The notes: generated by a model not told the origin, from the letters alone. Positions 50,637 through 60,978 are shown, numbered from the stretch's first letter. The stretch is DNA of 64,000 nucleotides from Candidatus Omnitrophota bacterium (GCA_043826355.1 JBDRQI010000004.1:1-64000), one strand, 5' to 3'. Numbers and translations: made by a program.

Positions 50637-50759
50637 TATAAATTGTCTGTCATTCCCGCGTGTGGTAAGTGGGAATCAACATGTAGTAGGACAGGCGTCT
50701 CGCCTGTTTCTTTTTTGTAATGCGACCCCTTCAAGGTCGCCAATCTTGGTTTAATTACT

Positions 50760-50844
50760 GGAGAGGTGCGAGAGCGGTTGAATCGGCACGATTGGAAATC
50801 GTGTAGCCCGCAAGGGCTCGTGGGTTCGAATCCCACCCTCTCCG
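50760..50844 (+). tRNA. tRNA-Ser(GGA), CCA not encoded
   Basis: Acceptor GGAGAGG/CCTCTCC, anticodon arm CACGA-TTGGAAA-TCGTG, long variable arm AGCCC-GCAA-GGGCT, GGTTCGAATCC T-arm. Confidence 0.96.
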
Positions 50845-50927
50845 CAGATAAGCTTACCTGAAGGTGGGATTCGAGGGGAGCGAAGTAAGGCGTTGCGACT
50901 GGTTAAGGAGCAATGCCAGCGGGTGGC

Positions 50928-51490
50928 CTAGTTGAAACGCAGTGAAGTTGAGACAGCCGAATCCCACCCTCTCCGCTGTTCGTCTGTTTTGGCCTTTTCG
51001 GCAATCAGACGGAAGGCCGGATGCCAGTCAGGGCACAGGTTTCCGTCTTTTAAAACGAGGTTCGAGAACACCAATTTCAGCAGTTGCCGCTTTTCCTCCA
51101 CCGAACGTGAAATGTAGATTTCTCTCGCCCGCTGTGCCAGTTCCAGGATGTTCATCCCCAGTTCGAAGTATTTTTCCCGCCCGGTCTCATGCCGCCTGAT
51201 TGAATCGAGAACCTCCTCCCTTTCGCCCGAGTACTGTTTGAACTTGCGCCCGTAAAGCTCCTCGCTTATCTTCCCATCCACCTTGTCGTCGTAGAGGGCA
51301 TCCTCCCGCCGCTGCAGCGTTTCGTACCGGCGGTTCAGCTCCTCCAAACAGCTCCTATTGTACTCTGTTTCGTCCCGATGGCTCTCCTTGAGGGCCTTGC
51401 GGATCCATTCGATGACCAGGCTATTGCCGGCGGTAAGTCCGTCAAGACACTCGTGGATTTTTTTCTCCAGCCTTTCCTGACGCGTGTACA
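50928..51490 (-). pseudogene. C-terminal remnant of a large serine recombinase/integrase
   Basis: Coiled coil, LYDDKVDGKISEELY, EEKRQLLKLVFSNL..KDG; ends RRGWDS across the att copy; catalytic domain absent. Confidence 0.7.
50958..50976 (+). repeat. Copy of the tRNA-Ser 3' end (attL-like)
   Basis: CGAATCCCACCCTCTCCGC identical to the tRNA end. Confidence 0.9.
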
Positions 51491-51537
51491 TGCTCTGCAC
51501 TCTAAAGAAAGGTGGTCCTAAAGACGGGGGAAGGTCA
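51491..51537 (-). mobile_element. 47-bp TG...CA micro-element, copy 1
   Basis: Reverse complement matches 61185-61230 with 2 mismatches and 1 indel. Confidence 0.7.
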
Positions 51538-51806
51538 TTACGGTCTTGATAATTACCATGTTTACCCAAGAATATAATTGCATAATTTTTAGCAACCTCA
51601 TAATAGGAATCGTTATCCTGGAACCGTTTTCTAGCTAAAACCGTTAGATCTGGAACCTTTATTCTGTCAGACTCAATTAATAGACGCCAGATATGCATTT
51701 CCTGCCATGGATAGATACAGTCTTTGAGAAACAAGGCGCAATTTGTTTGAACAAATTTATAATTCTTACGTAAGATTTTTCTTTTGGTTCGGCATAAATT
51801 TAGCAC
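51538..51806 (-). pseudogene. AT-rich gene fragment resembling the helical C-terminal region of Abi/UG-type reverse transcriptases
   Basis: IYPWQEMHIWRLL...AIIFLGKHG pattern recalled from such proteins; no RT core present. Confidence 0.35.
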
Positions 51807-51817
51807 AAAATATTTTC

Positions 51818-53026
51818 TCAGACCTTTTTGGACAAATTTATCGGGTGGTGTTCAATAAGTACTTCACCTGCTTTTTGTAATGCATATTTTGTGCACAAAG
51901 GACCGATTAATTCATAAACAACCGTGGTTGCAACGATAGTAGTAAAAATCATAGTTCCTACTTCTGGAAAATCATTTTTGACAATAAGGGCGCAACCCAA
52001 CGCAACACCAGCCTGAGGAATTAATCCTAAACCTAAATATTTCTTTATGCTTCGGGAAGCATTGGAGATGCGTGCTCCTAAACCCGCGCCTATTACTTTA
52101 CCGAGTACCCGAAACATAAGATACGCCAAACCAATCAGTCCAAGTTTACTTAAAATTCCTATTTCTAAGTTTGCTCCTGCCAAAACAAAGAAAAGCAGAA
52201 ACAGAGGTGAGTCAACTGTTTTTAGACTCTCAAAAAAATTAAATGATGTTTTATGGACATTAACTAATATTGCTCCTAAAAACATACTTGCTAAAAGAAC
52301 GGATAATTTAAGCCAAACAGCAATTCCTATATTTAAAAAAACAAATCCTAAAGTAAAAATTAGAAGCTCGGTTTGTGTACGTAGATGCCGAGAAAAATAA
52401 GTTACCACCATTGCTACTATACCCCCTAAGATAAAAGCGCCAGATATGCTTAAAATGGAATGGAAAAGTACTTTTATCAAGAAAAAGGGGGCTAACGTAT
52501 GAGCATAGATAGCCTGTGATATTGCCAAAGAAACGGCAAATATAATAAGGCACCAGGCATCGTCAATGGCAACTACACCCAAAAGCGTATCGGTAAAGTT
52601 TCCTTTGGCCCGACATTCTCTGATGATCATAACCGTTGCCGCAGGGGCGGTAGCAGAGGAGATCGCCCCAAAAAGAAGAGAGAGATAAAAGGGCTGTCTT
52701 AAAATAACCAGGAATACAAAAGTGACCAAAAACCAGGCGCCACAAGCTTCTAAAACTGAAATCAAAACGACGGATTTACCAATCTTACGAAAATTATCTC
52801 TGGAAAAATTCTGTCCTATGCCAAAAGCAATTATGCCTAAAACTATATTAGAAATCAAACCTGAAGAAGCTATAATATCTTTAGGGATAAGCCTGAAAAC
52901 CGATGGTCCTATAAAAATACCCAATAAAAGATAGGCAGTTACTGCGGGAAATTTAATTTTGTTTATCAGTCTGGCTGAAAATAAACCTGCAAGTAGAATA
53001 AAACCGATTCCTAGAATTGTATTCAT
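51818..53026 (-). CDS. Cation:proton antiporter (CPA superfamily)
   Basis: PAVTAYLLLGIFIGP, ATAPAAT, VAIDDA, PQAGVALG. Confidence 0.9.
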   Translation of the reverse strand: MNTILGIGFILLAGLFSARLINKIKFPAVTAYLLLGIFIGPSVFRLIPKDIIASSGLISNIVLGIIAFGIGQNFSRDNFRKIGKSVVLISVLEACGAWFLVTFVFLVILRQPFYLSLLFGAISSATAPAATVMIIRECRAKGNFTDTLLGVVAIDDAWCLIIFAVSLAISQAIYAHTLAPFFLIKVLFHSILSISGAFILGGIVAMVVTYFSRHLRTQTELLIFTLGFVFLNIGIAVWLKLSVLLASMFLGAILVNVHKTSFNFFESLKTVDSPLFLLFFVLAGANLEIGILSKLGLIGLAYLMFRVLGKVIGAGLGARISNASRSIKKYLGLGLIPQAGVALGCALIVKNDFPEVGTMIFTTIVATTVVYELIGPLCTKYALQKAGEVLIEHHPINLSKKV

Positions 53027-53493
53027 TTAGTAAGACCCTTTTGGCGGAAAACATGTCGGACTATATCGAATATGCCGATCATTCCTAATAATTTTTCGGT
53101 TTTGTCAACCACCGGGAATTCTTCTTTAAGGTGCAGCTTCATCAGTTTGTAAACTTCTTCTAAAGAAGCGTCTTCTTGTATAGCGATAAACTTCCTCTCC
53201 ATAATATCTTCAGCCATTACTAAACTACCGGTTTCTTCAGTAAAATCCACTTTGAATATGTCTTCCTCTTCTTCGTCCAAAAAAGGCACTGTTTTCAACA
53301 TATCTGACTTACGCAACTGAAATGCATTAACGAGATTGCGGAAAGAAACAACGCCTACAAGATGATTGTTTTTTTCAACAACAGGTACCAAAGGGAATAT
53401 ATGAAACTTAGCAAATATTTCTAACAACTGCTTTAAAGTCGTAGAACGTCTTACGGTAATTACTTCTTTTGACATTACCTTTTTTACCTGCAT
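53023..53493 (-). CDS. CBS domain pair protein
   Basis: VKKVMSKEVITV..PVV..LVGVVS; second repeat IM..FPVVD..LLGMI. Confidence 0.9.
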   Translation of the reverse strand: MQVKKVMSKEVITVRRSTTLKQLLEIFAKFHIFPLVPVVEKNNHLVGVVSFRNLVNAFQLRKSDMLKTVPFLDEEEEDIFKVDFTEETGSLVMAEDIMERKFIAIQEDASLEEVYKLMKLHLKEEFPVVDKTEKLLGMIGIFDIVRHVFRQKGLTK

Positions 53494-53562
53494 ACTTTAC
53501 TCCTTGAATTCTAAGTTTTACGTAAAAAATGTATATCTTCAGAAAAAAGTATACGGATTTCC

Positions 53563-54588
53563 TTAATTTGATTTCGATATTTGGTGCTTATCCGGGCTGT
53601 TGTTTTGGTTAGCGTTTCTGCCTTCCAGATTGTACTTCTTCCTGCGTTCTAACGTCAATCGTTTTTTCTCCTGCCTTTTTTGCAGAACCACCTCCTTCCT
53701 GCCGGCGTAGACGTCGTTTGGGCAGACGTTGGCCTGGGATTCGTGCGGGGTAATGTTGTAGGCGGTTATCGCCGCGTCTATGGCCTTCTTTAACTCCTCC
53801 GGGGAGCAGTAGACCATCAGGCAGAGATTTTCTTTAATCCGGCGGTTAAACCGCTCAATCTTGCCCCGGCCCTGCGGGTGGTATGGGGTGCCCAAGATAT
53901 GTCTGATCCCGTGGTTTGAGAGATATTTATCCATCAGTTTTGAGGTAAAGCCCGGTCCGTTGTCAGTGTAAAGGCGCGGCATCTCTTCCCTCTCTATCAG
54001 GTGGCCTTCCTTCCGGGCGTTTTCCACCGCCATTTTCACTATGTCGGCGAAGGAGAAGGCGGTCTCGTCTGCCTTTAAGTCCCAGGCGATTATCTTCCGG
54101 GAGAAGTCATCTTCCACCGGGATGAGTTTGTAGTAACCCCAGCCGACAATGAAAAGACTGGTGGCGTCGCACTGCCAGATTTCATCCGGGCCTTTTGTCT
54201 TGTGCCGCCATTCCTTGGCGGCCGGCATCTCCGGCAGAGGCCGGGGTGCGATGAGGTTGTTTTCCTTGAGGATCCGGTAGACGGTGGATTCGGAAATGGA
54301 GAAATCTTCCTGGTCGGTAATCTGGATGGCCAGGAGCCGGGGTGATAATTCCGGGTGGAGACGGGCAATCTCAAGGACCCTGTTCTCTTCGGAAGCCGCA
54401 AGCCTGTTCCAGACCCTCTTCGGACCCGGTTTTGTCTTGGCCAAGCCGGAAACGCCGTTTTCGTCATAGGCCTTTCGCCACTTGTAATAGGTGGCGCGAG
54501 GAATTTTAAGTTCCCCCAGCATCTGGGAACGCTGGCCCTGTTTTCCTTCCACCTTTTTTATCAGGTCTTCCCGCATATGTTCATTCAT
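53563..54588 (-). CDS. Transposase OrfB (rve/DDE integrase core)
   Basis: WQCD, DDFSR, TDNGP, PYHPQGRGKIERF. Confidence 0.93.
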   Translation of the reverse strand: MNEHMREDLIKKVEGKQGQRSQMLGELKIPRATYYKWRKAYDENGVSGLAKTKPGPKRVWNRLAASEENRVLEIARLHPELSPRLLAIQITDQEDFSISESTVYRILKENNLIAPRPLPEMPAAKEWRHKTKGPDEIWQCDATSLFIVGWGYYKLIPVEDDFSRKIIAWDLKADETAFSFADIVKMAVENARKEGHLIEREEMPRLYTDNGPGFTSKLMDKYLSNHGIRHILGTPYHPQGRGKIERFNRRIKENLCLMVYCSPEELKKAIDAAITAYNITPHESQANVCPNDVYAGRKEVVLQKRQEKKRLTLERRKKYNLEGRNANQNNSPDKHQISKSN

Positions 54589-54608
54589 ACGATTGTGCCA
54601 CTTCCGGG

Positions 54609-54989
54609 TTACGATTTCAGACTTTTTTTAAAGATTTGAATCTTCAAGGCTTGGTCTCCCACCAGTTCTTTAAGGCGGGCGTTTTCTTCCCGCAGGTGTT
54701 TTACTTCTCCGCCGGTGGCATCACGCAGGGAGTCCCTCTTCAGCCGTGCCTTGCCTGCCTCCATGAAGTCCTTCAGCCAGGTGTAGTAAATAGCGCTGGA
54801 GATGCTTTCCCTGCGGCAGAGGTCTGAGACGGGGATCTCCTTGCGGAAGCCTTCCAGGACAATCCTGATCTTGTCTTCGGCGGAGAACTTCCGGCGGGTA
54901 TAGCGGCGTACTTCGCGGATGAGCCGGGCGGCGCTGCCAGGGGCAGCTACTTCATTTTCTTTCTCTAAAACCAAGGTGGATTCTTCCAT
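54609..54989 (-). CDS. Transposase OrfA (HTH)
   Basis: RRKFSAEDKIRIVLEG..LCRRE..YYTW; AAAGGAG RBS before ATG 54989. Confidence 0.9.
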   Translation of the reverse strand: MEESTLVLEKENEVAAPGSAARLIREVRRYTRRKFSAEDKIRIVLEGFRKEIPVSDLCRRESISSAIYYTWLKDFMEAGKARLKRDSLRDATGGEVKHLREENARLKELVGDQALKIQIFKKSLKS

Positions 54990-55123
54990 TTTTCTCCTTT
55001 CGGACAGGTTATCATTATAACCTGCCCAATCCACCCGAACCAAGATTAAAGATCACAAACTAAAAAAGAACCCGGTTTGTCTACTAATTGCTGAAGATGT
55101 ACATTTTCTAATATAATTGGAAT

Positions 55124-55282
55124 CTCCATTTGCCCATCAAGGGGAAATATTTTAGCCTGATATTTTGTCTTATTTTATTATATTTTGCTCAGTTGTATCT
55201 AGTTGTCAATTAAAGGGTTGTTCCTCATTCAGTGCACCAAACAAATTTTATCATCCCATCAGGACAGGGTCAAGGTTTTGCA
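55124..55282. repeat. Island direct repeat R1 (carries a minus-strand TTGACA promoter)
   Basis: Shares a 66-bp identical core with 60979-61135. Confidence 0.9.
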
Positions 55283-55345
55283 TAAGGGGAGGTTCGCTTT
55301 AACAACCCCGTTTTATCTAACGAAGATGTGAATATAAGAAAGACA

Positions 55346-55518
55346 CTTAAAGAGTTCTGGGAGTTTGCCATGCGGGGCAACGTCCTTGACATGGCTATCG
55401 ATATTATCATCGCGTTTTTGGGAAAATCATCACCTCGCTGGTCAAAATAATATTTTGATGTCGCCCATCGGCGCTTTGCTGGGCAAGGCGGATTTTTCAA
55501 ATTTTTTCTTTACCGTTC
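55346..55518 (+). pseudogene. mscL: Frameshifted N-terminal fragment of the mechanosensitive channel MscL
   Basis: LKEFWEFAMRGNVLDMAI / FGKIITSLV / NNILMSPIGALLGKADFSNFFFTV across shifted frames. Confidence 0.8.
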
Positions 55519-56216
55519 ATTATGTGTCGGTATGCGGGAAAGTGCTTTTTTACAATACTGCGGATATCGGATTCTTCCCTGACGCTTCCTTTCTCCATCA
55601 AGGCCCCGGAAGAAGCTATCTTGTTCACAAAAAGAATATCGTGCGTTACAACAACGAACGTCGTGTATTCTTTTAAACTGGTCAGCCATTTCCCGAATTC
55701 ATCGCTTGTATTAACGTCAAGGGCTGAAGTAGGTTCGTCAAGCAGGAGATATTCCGGTTTGAGCATAAGCGACCGTGCGATGGTGGCTCTTTGCGCCTGG
55801 CCCCCGCTTATGGCCGACGGGTAACTGTCTTTCAGGTACGCTATCCCCAGGGTTTCAAGCATGGCGGCGGCTTCTTCCCGCGCGGTGCGTTCGCTCTTCC
55901 CGAGAACCTTCATCGGGGCCAGAATCATGTTTTGAAGCACGTTCAGGTGAGGAAAAAGAAACAACTGCTGGAAAACGATGCTGACGGATTTCCTGAACTC
56001 TTTTTCTTCAATTTCGTAAATGTTCCTGCCCTTAAGGGTTATGCTGCCGGAATGCGGCCGGAGGAATTTGCCGATACATTTCAGCAGGGTGGTCTTGCCG
56101 GAGCCGCTTTCCCCCAGGATAGCGTAAATATGACCGGCGGGAATGCTGAGATTTACATTTGACAGAACCTGCGGGCCGCCGGAATATTTGAAAGAAATGT
56201 TTTTAATTTCAATCAT
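55497..56216 (-). CDS. Polar amino acid ABC transporter ATP-binding protein
   Basis: GESGSGKTT, VFQQLFLFPHL, ISGGQAQR, LLDEPTSALD. Confidence 0.92.
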   Translation of the reverse strand: MIEIKNISFKYSGGPQVLSNVNLSIPAGHIYAILGESGSGKTTLLKCIGKFLRPHSGSITLKGRNIYEIEEKEFRKSVSIVFQQLFLFPHLNVLQNMILAPMKVLGKSERTAREEAAAMLETLGIAYLKDSYPSAISGGQAQRATIARSLMLKPEYLLLDEPTSALDVNTSDEFGKWLTSLKEYTTFVVVTHDILFVNKIASSGALMEKGSVREESDIRSIVKKHFPAYRHIMNGKEKI

Positions 56217-57648
56217 GGCTGAAACCCCTTTGCTTGATTTTTCTTTCCACCCTTCCGGCCAGTTTCATAAGCGGGAAGGTAAAGGCGAAAAACATCACCG
56301 CAACGATAAAATAATATTTCATCGGGTTGTAGGTCACGCTGATAATGGATTGGGCTTCGCGTATCACTTCGCTTACGCAAATAACGGAAATTAAGGTCGT
56401 GTCCTTGAGAAACGCGACTACGGAGTTCATTAAAGGAGGCAGGGCAACCCGGAATGCCTGCGGTCCTACCACAAACCTGAATACCTGCAGTTTGGAGAGG
56501 CCGAGCGCGCGTCCCGCCAGCGTCTGTCCGCGGTCGACGGACATCAGCCCGGAACGCACCACCTCCGCGATGTAAGCCGCCGAATTCAGGGTCAGGGTAA
56601 TAATCGCCGATTGGATGGGAGAAAGCGTCACCCCTATCTGGGGAGCGCCGAAATAAACGAAAAAGAGCTGTATCAGCAAAGGAGTGCCGCGCACAAAATC
56701 GTTTGCAAGCCGGAAAACTCCGTGGAATAAAAAGCGGGTGTTGTTCAGGATAATCCCCCACGGCAAAGCCAGCGCAAACCCTAAGGCGAGGGATACGAAT
56801 GCCACCAGCAGCGTAATCCCGAACCCTTTGGCAAGTTTTCGCGTGATTACCGAACCGCTCATTCCTGCCTGTTCTTTTGTCCCTTCTTTTCTCTCCCCGG
56901 CGCCGAACCATTTTTCGTAAACTTCGTTCAGGCCGCCCGTTTTTTCCAGGTAAAACACCGCTTCATTGATCTGTTTAAGCAGTAAGACGTCGTCTTTCCT
57001 TGTCGGAATACCGATTTTTTCGCGGTACAACAGAGGTCCGACAGCCACAAACGGCATCTCGGCCGAACATATCTGGTATAAACCCACAAGTTTATCCGTA
57101 ACGAACCCGTCAAGCCGTCCAATAAGCATATCCTGAAAAATATCAACGGTGCTTTTGTACGGCACCGTTTCAATTCGGGGATAATTTTTTTCAAGGTAAT
57201 ATTCGTAGGTTTCTCCAACCCCCACCCCCACCTTTTTCCCGCGAAGGTCGGCAATATTTCTTATTTCATCCGAACGGTCGGAACGGATAAAAAGCTGGGC
57301 GCCGGACGTGTAATAAGGCGCGGAAAAGTTTACCTGCTTCTCCCTTTCCGGGGTTATAGCCATGGAACCTATTATGGCATCGTACTTGCGTGCCAGGAGC
57401 CCGGCCAGAATTCCGTCCCATTCCGTGGTGACGAATACCGCTCTCTTACCCAGACGTGAGGCAATCTTTTCCGATACATCAACGTCAAAACCGGCAAGGG
57501 TCCCCTCGTGGGAGTAAAAACTGAACGGCGGGTACTTTCCGGTCAGGGCAACCCTGAGGACACCGTTATCCCCGCCGGAAGCGCAATAGGTCCAACACGG
57601 GAAAAAAGCGGCAGTCAGAAAAAGCAGAGAGATAAAAAGTTTTTTCAT
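56209..57648 (-). CDS. Polar amino acid ABC transporter, fused substrate-binding protein and permease
   Basis: YPPF, GFDVD, ITPERE SBP motifs; RGTPLLIQLF, AYIAEVVRSG permease motifs. Confidence 0.92.
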   Translation of the reverse strand: MKKLFISLLFLTAAFFPCWTYCASGGDNGVLRVALTGKYPPFSFYSHEGTLAGFDVDVSEKIASRLGKRAVFVTTEWDGILAGLLARKYDAIIGSMAITPEREKQVNFSAPYYTSGAQLFIRSDRSDEIRNIADLRGKKVGVGVGETYEYYLEKNYPRIETVPYKSTVDIFQDMLIGRLDGFVTDKLVGLYQICSAEMPFVAVGPLLYREKIGIPTRKDDVLLLKQINEAVFYLEKTGGLNEVYEKWFGAGERKEGTKEQAGMSGSVITRKLAKGFGITLLVAFVSLALGFALALPWGIILNNTRFLFHGVFRLANDFVRGTPLLIQLFFVYFGAPQIGVTLSPIQSAIITLTLNSAAYIAEVVRSGLMSVDRGQTLAGRALGLSKLQVFRFVVGPQAFRVALPPLMNSVVAFLKDTTLISVICVSEVIREAQSIISVTYNPMKYYFIVAVMFFAFTFPLMKLAGRVERKIKQRGFSHD

Positions 57649-59495
57649 TTGAATATTTTCTCGTAAAGCATGAAATGGCGGCCGGCGCCGTAAAAATCAC
57701 TAACGGCAAGGTTTTCGCATACCCGCACCGTCTTTCCCTGGCGGCGGCTTATGTTTGAGTACCCCATCCTCTCAAACAGTTTCCGGGACGGGGTGTTACG
57801 TGGGTCGATGGTCAGCCGAATCTTTTTGCATCCGCAATCTTTCGCTTTCTTTTCGGCCCGGGCTACCAGTTTTGCGCCCATTCCTTTTTTGCGCATAAAC
57901 GGCGCCACGCCGACCTGCCAGAGGAAATACGTGTCGGGCAAAGTACGGGATACCACCCCCAGGAGAAATCCCGCTATTGTCTTGCCGCACCGGACAACAA
58001 AACACGTTTTGCCGAAATATCTGAACATAATTCTGTAAATATGTTCCGGATAGCTTTCCAGCGGAGGGGACGAGGCGGCAAAACGGCTTACTTCCGCGGC
58101 GTCCCGTTCTTTGGGGGAGCCGATTCTAATCTTGCGGTATTTCCGCGCAAAAGCGAAGACTTTTTTTGTTTTACCGGTGATGAGTTCTTTTGAACCGATA
58201 TCCTTTCTGTAATGGAAGCTTCCTTTCACGGAAGCAATCGCGCGGTCCACTCTTTCGGCTGCTTCCGAAATTGTATTTCCGGATGCGGCAAAAGCAATTC
58301 CCCGTTCCGTGCCCACGTCCAAACCGCCATTCTTTCCCCGGCCGCAACTGTAATAAGCGCTGACATCCAATTCCCTTAAAAATCCGGGCGGGAAGGAAAC
58401 GCGGAGCGTTTCGTTAAGCCGGCCGGGATAAGCGGGGGGCACGATATACTTGCATACGGTCGCTTTCTTCTCAAACGAAAGAATCGGGCGGCCGGAAGAA
58501 AGCAAACTCGCGGCAATATCAGCGACGTCATTTTTCATAATCAGGAGGGTGTTGAGCCACTCGGGGTCTCCAGGACGAAAATTATATTCAATCAACTTTA
58601 TCCCGGAGGCCGTTATCATAAACTGGCCGTAAAGAAAACCGGCGCAATCTTCTCCCGTTTCCCTGCGCAAGGCATCCACGGTGGCGCGCATTATTTCAAG
58701 CGCTGCGGCATAATCGCATTCCCGCATAAAAGGAAGCAGGTAACCGGCGCAGGAATACGCCCCCATCCCCGCGGTGTTCGGCCCGCGCTCCCCGGAAAGA
58801 AGTTTTTTAAAATCCTGCACCGCCGGGGTGCAGACCAGGTTGCCGCCCGCAACAAAAGATTGAACCGTAAATTCTTCGCCTTCAAGTTTTTCTTCTACGA
58901 GAACTTCCTTTTTCCCGCCGATTTTCCCGTTTAACACCCTGCGTATATACGCAGACACATCGGTCCTGTCCTTCAATTGGTTGCCGTAAACCCTTACCCC
59001 CAGGCCTTCGGTCAAACCGGACGGTTTTACGGCAACGCGCCAGTCCATTTTTTTTGCAAACTTAACCGCCGGTTCCGTTTCGGTGAAAATACCGAATTTC
59101 GGCACGCCGTCAATAGCGTATTTGAGCAACAGCCGGCGCGCGAAAGATTTATCGGATTCAAGCCGCGCCGCATTTTTAGAAGGACCAAACACCGGAATCT
59201 CTTTTTCCTTCAACGCATCGACCAGCCCTTCCGAAAGCGGTTTTGCGGTCGTAACCAGAACCAGGTCGGGAACGACCCGTTGGGCGTAACGGGTTATTCT
59301 CTTTATGTCTGAAAAATCACCCGTCGTCCATCCGGCCGCCAGGGAAGTTATTCCCGGATTTTCGGTGTCCATATATGCAAAAACATCGGTCCCTCCGGAG
59401 CGCAACAGGTTTTCCGCGGTCGCCTGTTCTTTCGCCCAACTCCCCACAATCAGAATTCTTCTTCTATTTTTTTTCGGGTGTTTTTGCATTTCCAC
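57645..59495 (-). CDS. PurD-like ATP-grasp ligase fused to an EctA-like GNAT acetyltransferase
   Basis: [34 protein letters not shown]-terminal PPL..Y..F..TCFV, LWQVGV, RKKGMG, N..SRKLF. Confidence 0.85.
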   Translation of the reverse strand: MEMQKHPKKNRRRILIVGSWAKEQATAENLLRSGGTDVFAYMDTENPGITSLAAGWTTGDFSDIKRITRYAQRVVPDLVLVTTAKPLSEGLVDALKEKEIPVFGPSKNAARLESDKSFARRLLLKYAIDGVPKFGIFTETEPAVKFAKKMDWRVAVKPSGLTEGLGVRVYGNQLKDRTDVSAYIRRVLNGKIGGKKEVLVEEKLEGEEFTVQSFVAGGNLVCTPAVQDFKKLLSGERGPNTAGMGAYSCAGYLLPFMRECDYAAALEIMRATVDALRRETGEDCAGFLYGQFMITASGIKLIEYNFRPGDPEWLNTLLIMKNDVADIAASLLSSGRPILSFEKKATVCKYIVPPAYPGRLNETLRVSFPPGFLRELDVSAYYSCGRGKNGGLDVGTERGIAFAASGNTISEAAERVDRAIASVKGSFHYRKDIGSKELITGKTKKVFAFARKYRKIRIGSPKERDAAEVSRFAASSPPLESYPEHIYRIMFRYFGKTCFVVRCGKTIAGFLLGVVSRTLPDTYFLWQVGVAPFMRKKGMGAKLVARAEKKAKDCGCKKIRLTIDPRNTPSRKLFERMGYSNISRRQGKTVRVCENLAVSDFYGAGRHFMLYEKIFK

Positions 59496-60810
59496 GCTTT
59501 ACATCCCTCCTTTTTATCCTTTCCGTATGCCCGGGCGTGAGCGAAATCGTTTTGTCGTAATTGGACAACAACTTCCCGATGCCGGTGGGGTTCCATTCTT
59601 CGGCGCCCTCAAGGTTTAATTGAAGTTTACAAACCGCGCAATTCCGGTCGCAAAAGATGGGTTTGTAAGAATCGGGTTCCTTATAAGTAGTTATAACTCC
59701 CTCGTAATTTCTAAGCACTATTTTGTTTGTGGACCACGAAATGATATAATTGGGCAGAATCGGTATTTTGCCGCCGCCGCCCGGAGCGTCTATCACGTAC
59801 CTGGGCACGGCAAATCCGCTGGTATGGCCGATCATGCTCTCGATGATTTCTATGCCTTTTCCGACCGGGGTGCGAAAATGGTTCAATCCTTCGGAGAGGT
59901 CGCATTGGTAAAGATAATAGGGCCTAACCCTGTTTTGCACCAACTTGTGGCAGAGACGCTGCATAATGCGCGGGCAGTCGTTCACTTCCGAAAGAAGCAC
60001 CGTCTGATTTCCGAGAGGGATTCCGGCGTCCGCCATCTTCGCCAAAGATTCTCTTGAAGATGCGGTTATTTCTCGCGGGTGGTTGAAATGGGTATTGACC
60101 CATACGGGATGATACTTTTTAAGTATTTCCACCAGCGTTCCGGTGACGCGGTAAGGAAGCACCACGGGCATTCGTGTCCCTATTCTTATAATTTCAACAT
60201 GGGGTATTTTTCTCAAAGAAGAAAGTATCCAATCCAATCTTTCATCCGGAAGCATCAACGGGTCGCCTCCGGAAAGGAGCACGTCCCGGATTGCGGGAGT
60301 TTTTCTGATGTAGCGCAAGCCTTCTTCTGTCTGTTTTTTTGAAGGCAGGTAATCAACGTCGCCCACGCGCCTTTTACGCGTGCAGTGCCGGCAATACATC
60401 GCGCACATATTGCTGACGAGAAAAAGCACCCTGTCCGGATACCGGTGCGTGATAATTCCTCCGCCCTGGCTGTCCGCATCTTCCGCAAGCGGGTCTTTCA
60501 TATCTTCGGGAATTACCTCAAATTCACGGATATCCGGAATGGATTGCTTGTAAATGGGGTCGTTTTTGTAAGAGGCAGTATCTATAAGCGACAAGTAATA
60601 GGGGGTCACCGCAAGCGGAAATTTATCAAGGGTTTTTTTTATCTTCTTTTTTTCCTGAACGGGAAAACGGATGCCGAGCACTCTTTCGACGGTGTCCGCG
60701 TCCCGCACCGAATTCCTGACCTGCCATCGCCAATCACGCCAGTTAATAAGAGCGTCGTTAGAAATCCTTTCCGCAATTATTTTTTGTCTTCGCGGGTATG
60801 ATTTTTTCAT
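59464..60810 (-). CDS. kamA: Lysine 2,3-aminomutase (radical SAM, PLP; KamA/AblA type)
   Basis: [42 protein letters not shown]-terminal CxxxCxxC. Confidence 0.93.
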   Translation of the reverse strand: MKKSYPRRQKIIAERISNDALINWRDWRWQVRNSVRDADTVERVLGIRFPVQEKKKIKKTLDKFPLAVTPYYLSLIDTASYKNDPIYKQSIPDIREFEVIPEDMKDPLAEDADSQGGGIITHRYPDRVLFLVSNMCAMYCRHCTRKRRVGDVDYLPSKKQTEEGLRYIRKTPAIRDVLLSGGDPLMLPDERLDWILSSLRKIPHVEIIRIGTRMPVVLPYRVTGTLVEILKKYHPVWVNTHFNHPREITASSRESLAKMADAGIPLGNQTVLLSEVNDCPRIMQRLCHKLVQNRVRPYYLYQCDLSEGLNHFRTPVGKGIEIIESMIGHTSGFAVPRYVIDAPGGGGKIPILPNYIISWSTNKIVLRNYEGVITTYKEPDSYKPIFCDRNCAVCKLQLNLEGAEEWNPTGIGKLLSNYDKTISLTPGHTERIKRRDVKRGNAKTPEKK

Positions 60811-60935
60811 AAGCGGGGACGTTTTACCGGCAAATAAATCATGCGAATGAATACCGGCGGGTTTTGATTATCAATTACCTTGCGGTTTTGCGTATAGGAG
60901 AAATTTGTTTTGGATTTTTGTGCTTGCTGGAAATT

Positions 60936-60964
60936 ATAATACCATTTTCGTAAAAAAATGTCAA
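60936..60964 (-). promoter_or_regulatory. Putative sigma70 promoter of the kamA operon
   Basis: Minus strand TTGACA-17-TATTAT with a TG extension. Confidence 0.6.
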
Positions 60965-60978
60965 TTTTAATCAGGATA

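Larger units (their letters stand above)
53530..55103 (-). mobile_element. Complete IS3-family insertion sequence (1574 bp)
   Basis: Imperfect 25-bp terminal IRs TGTATATCTTCAGAAAAAAGTATAC / TGTACATCTTCAGCAATTAGTAGAC; orfA plus orfB. Confidence 0.88.

Noticed and set aside
50633..50836. 67-aa minus-strand ORF (MGFEPT...)
   Set aside because: Antisense translation of tRNA-Ser.
50928..51806. 292-aa ORF as a single real gene
   Set aside because: It is a chimera of an AT-rich fragment, the 47-bp element and a GC-richer recombinase tail; the open frame is probably fortuitous.
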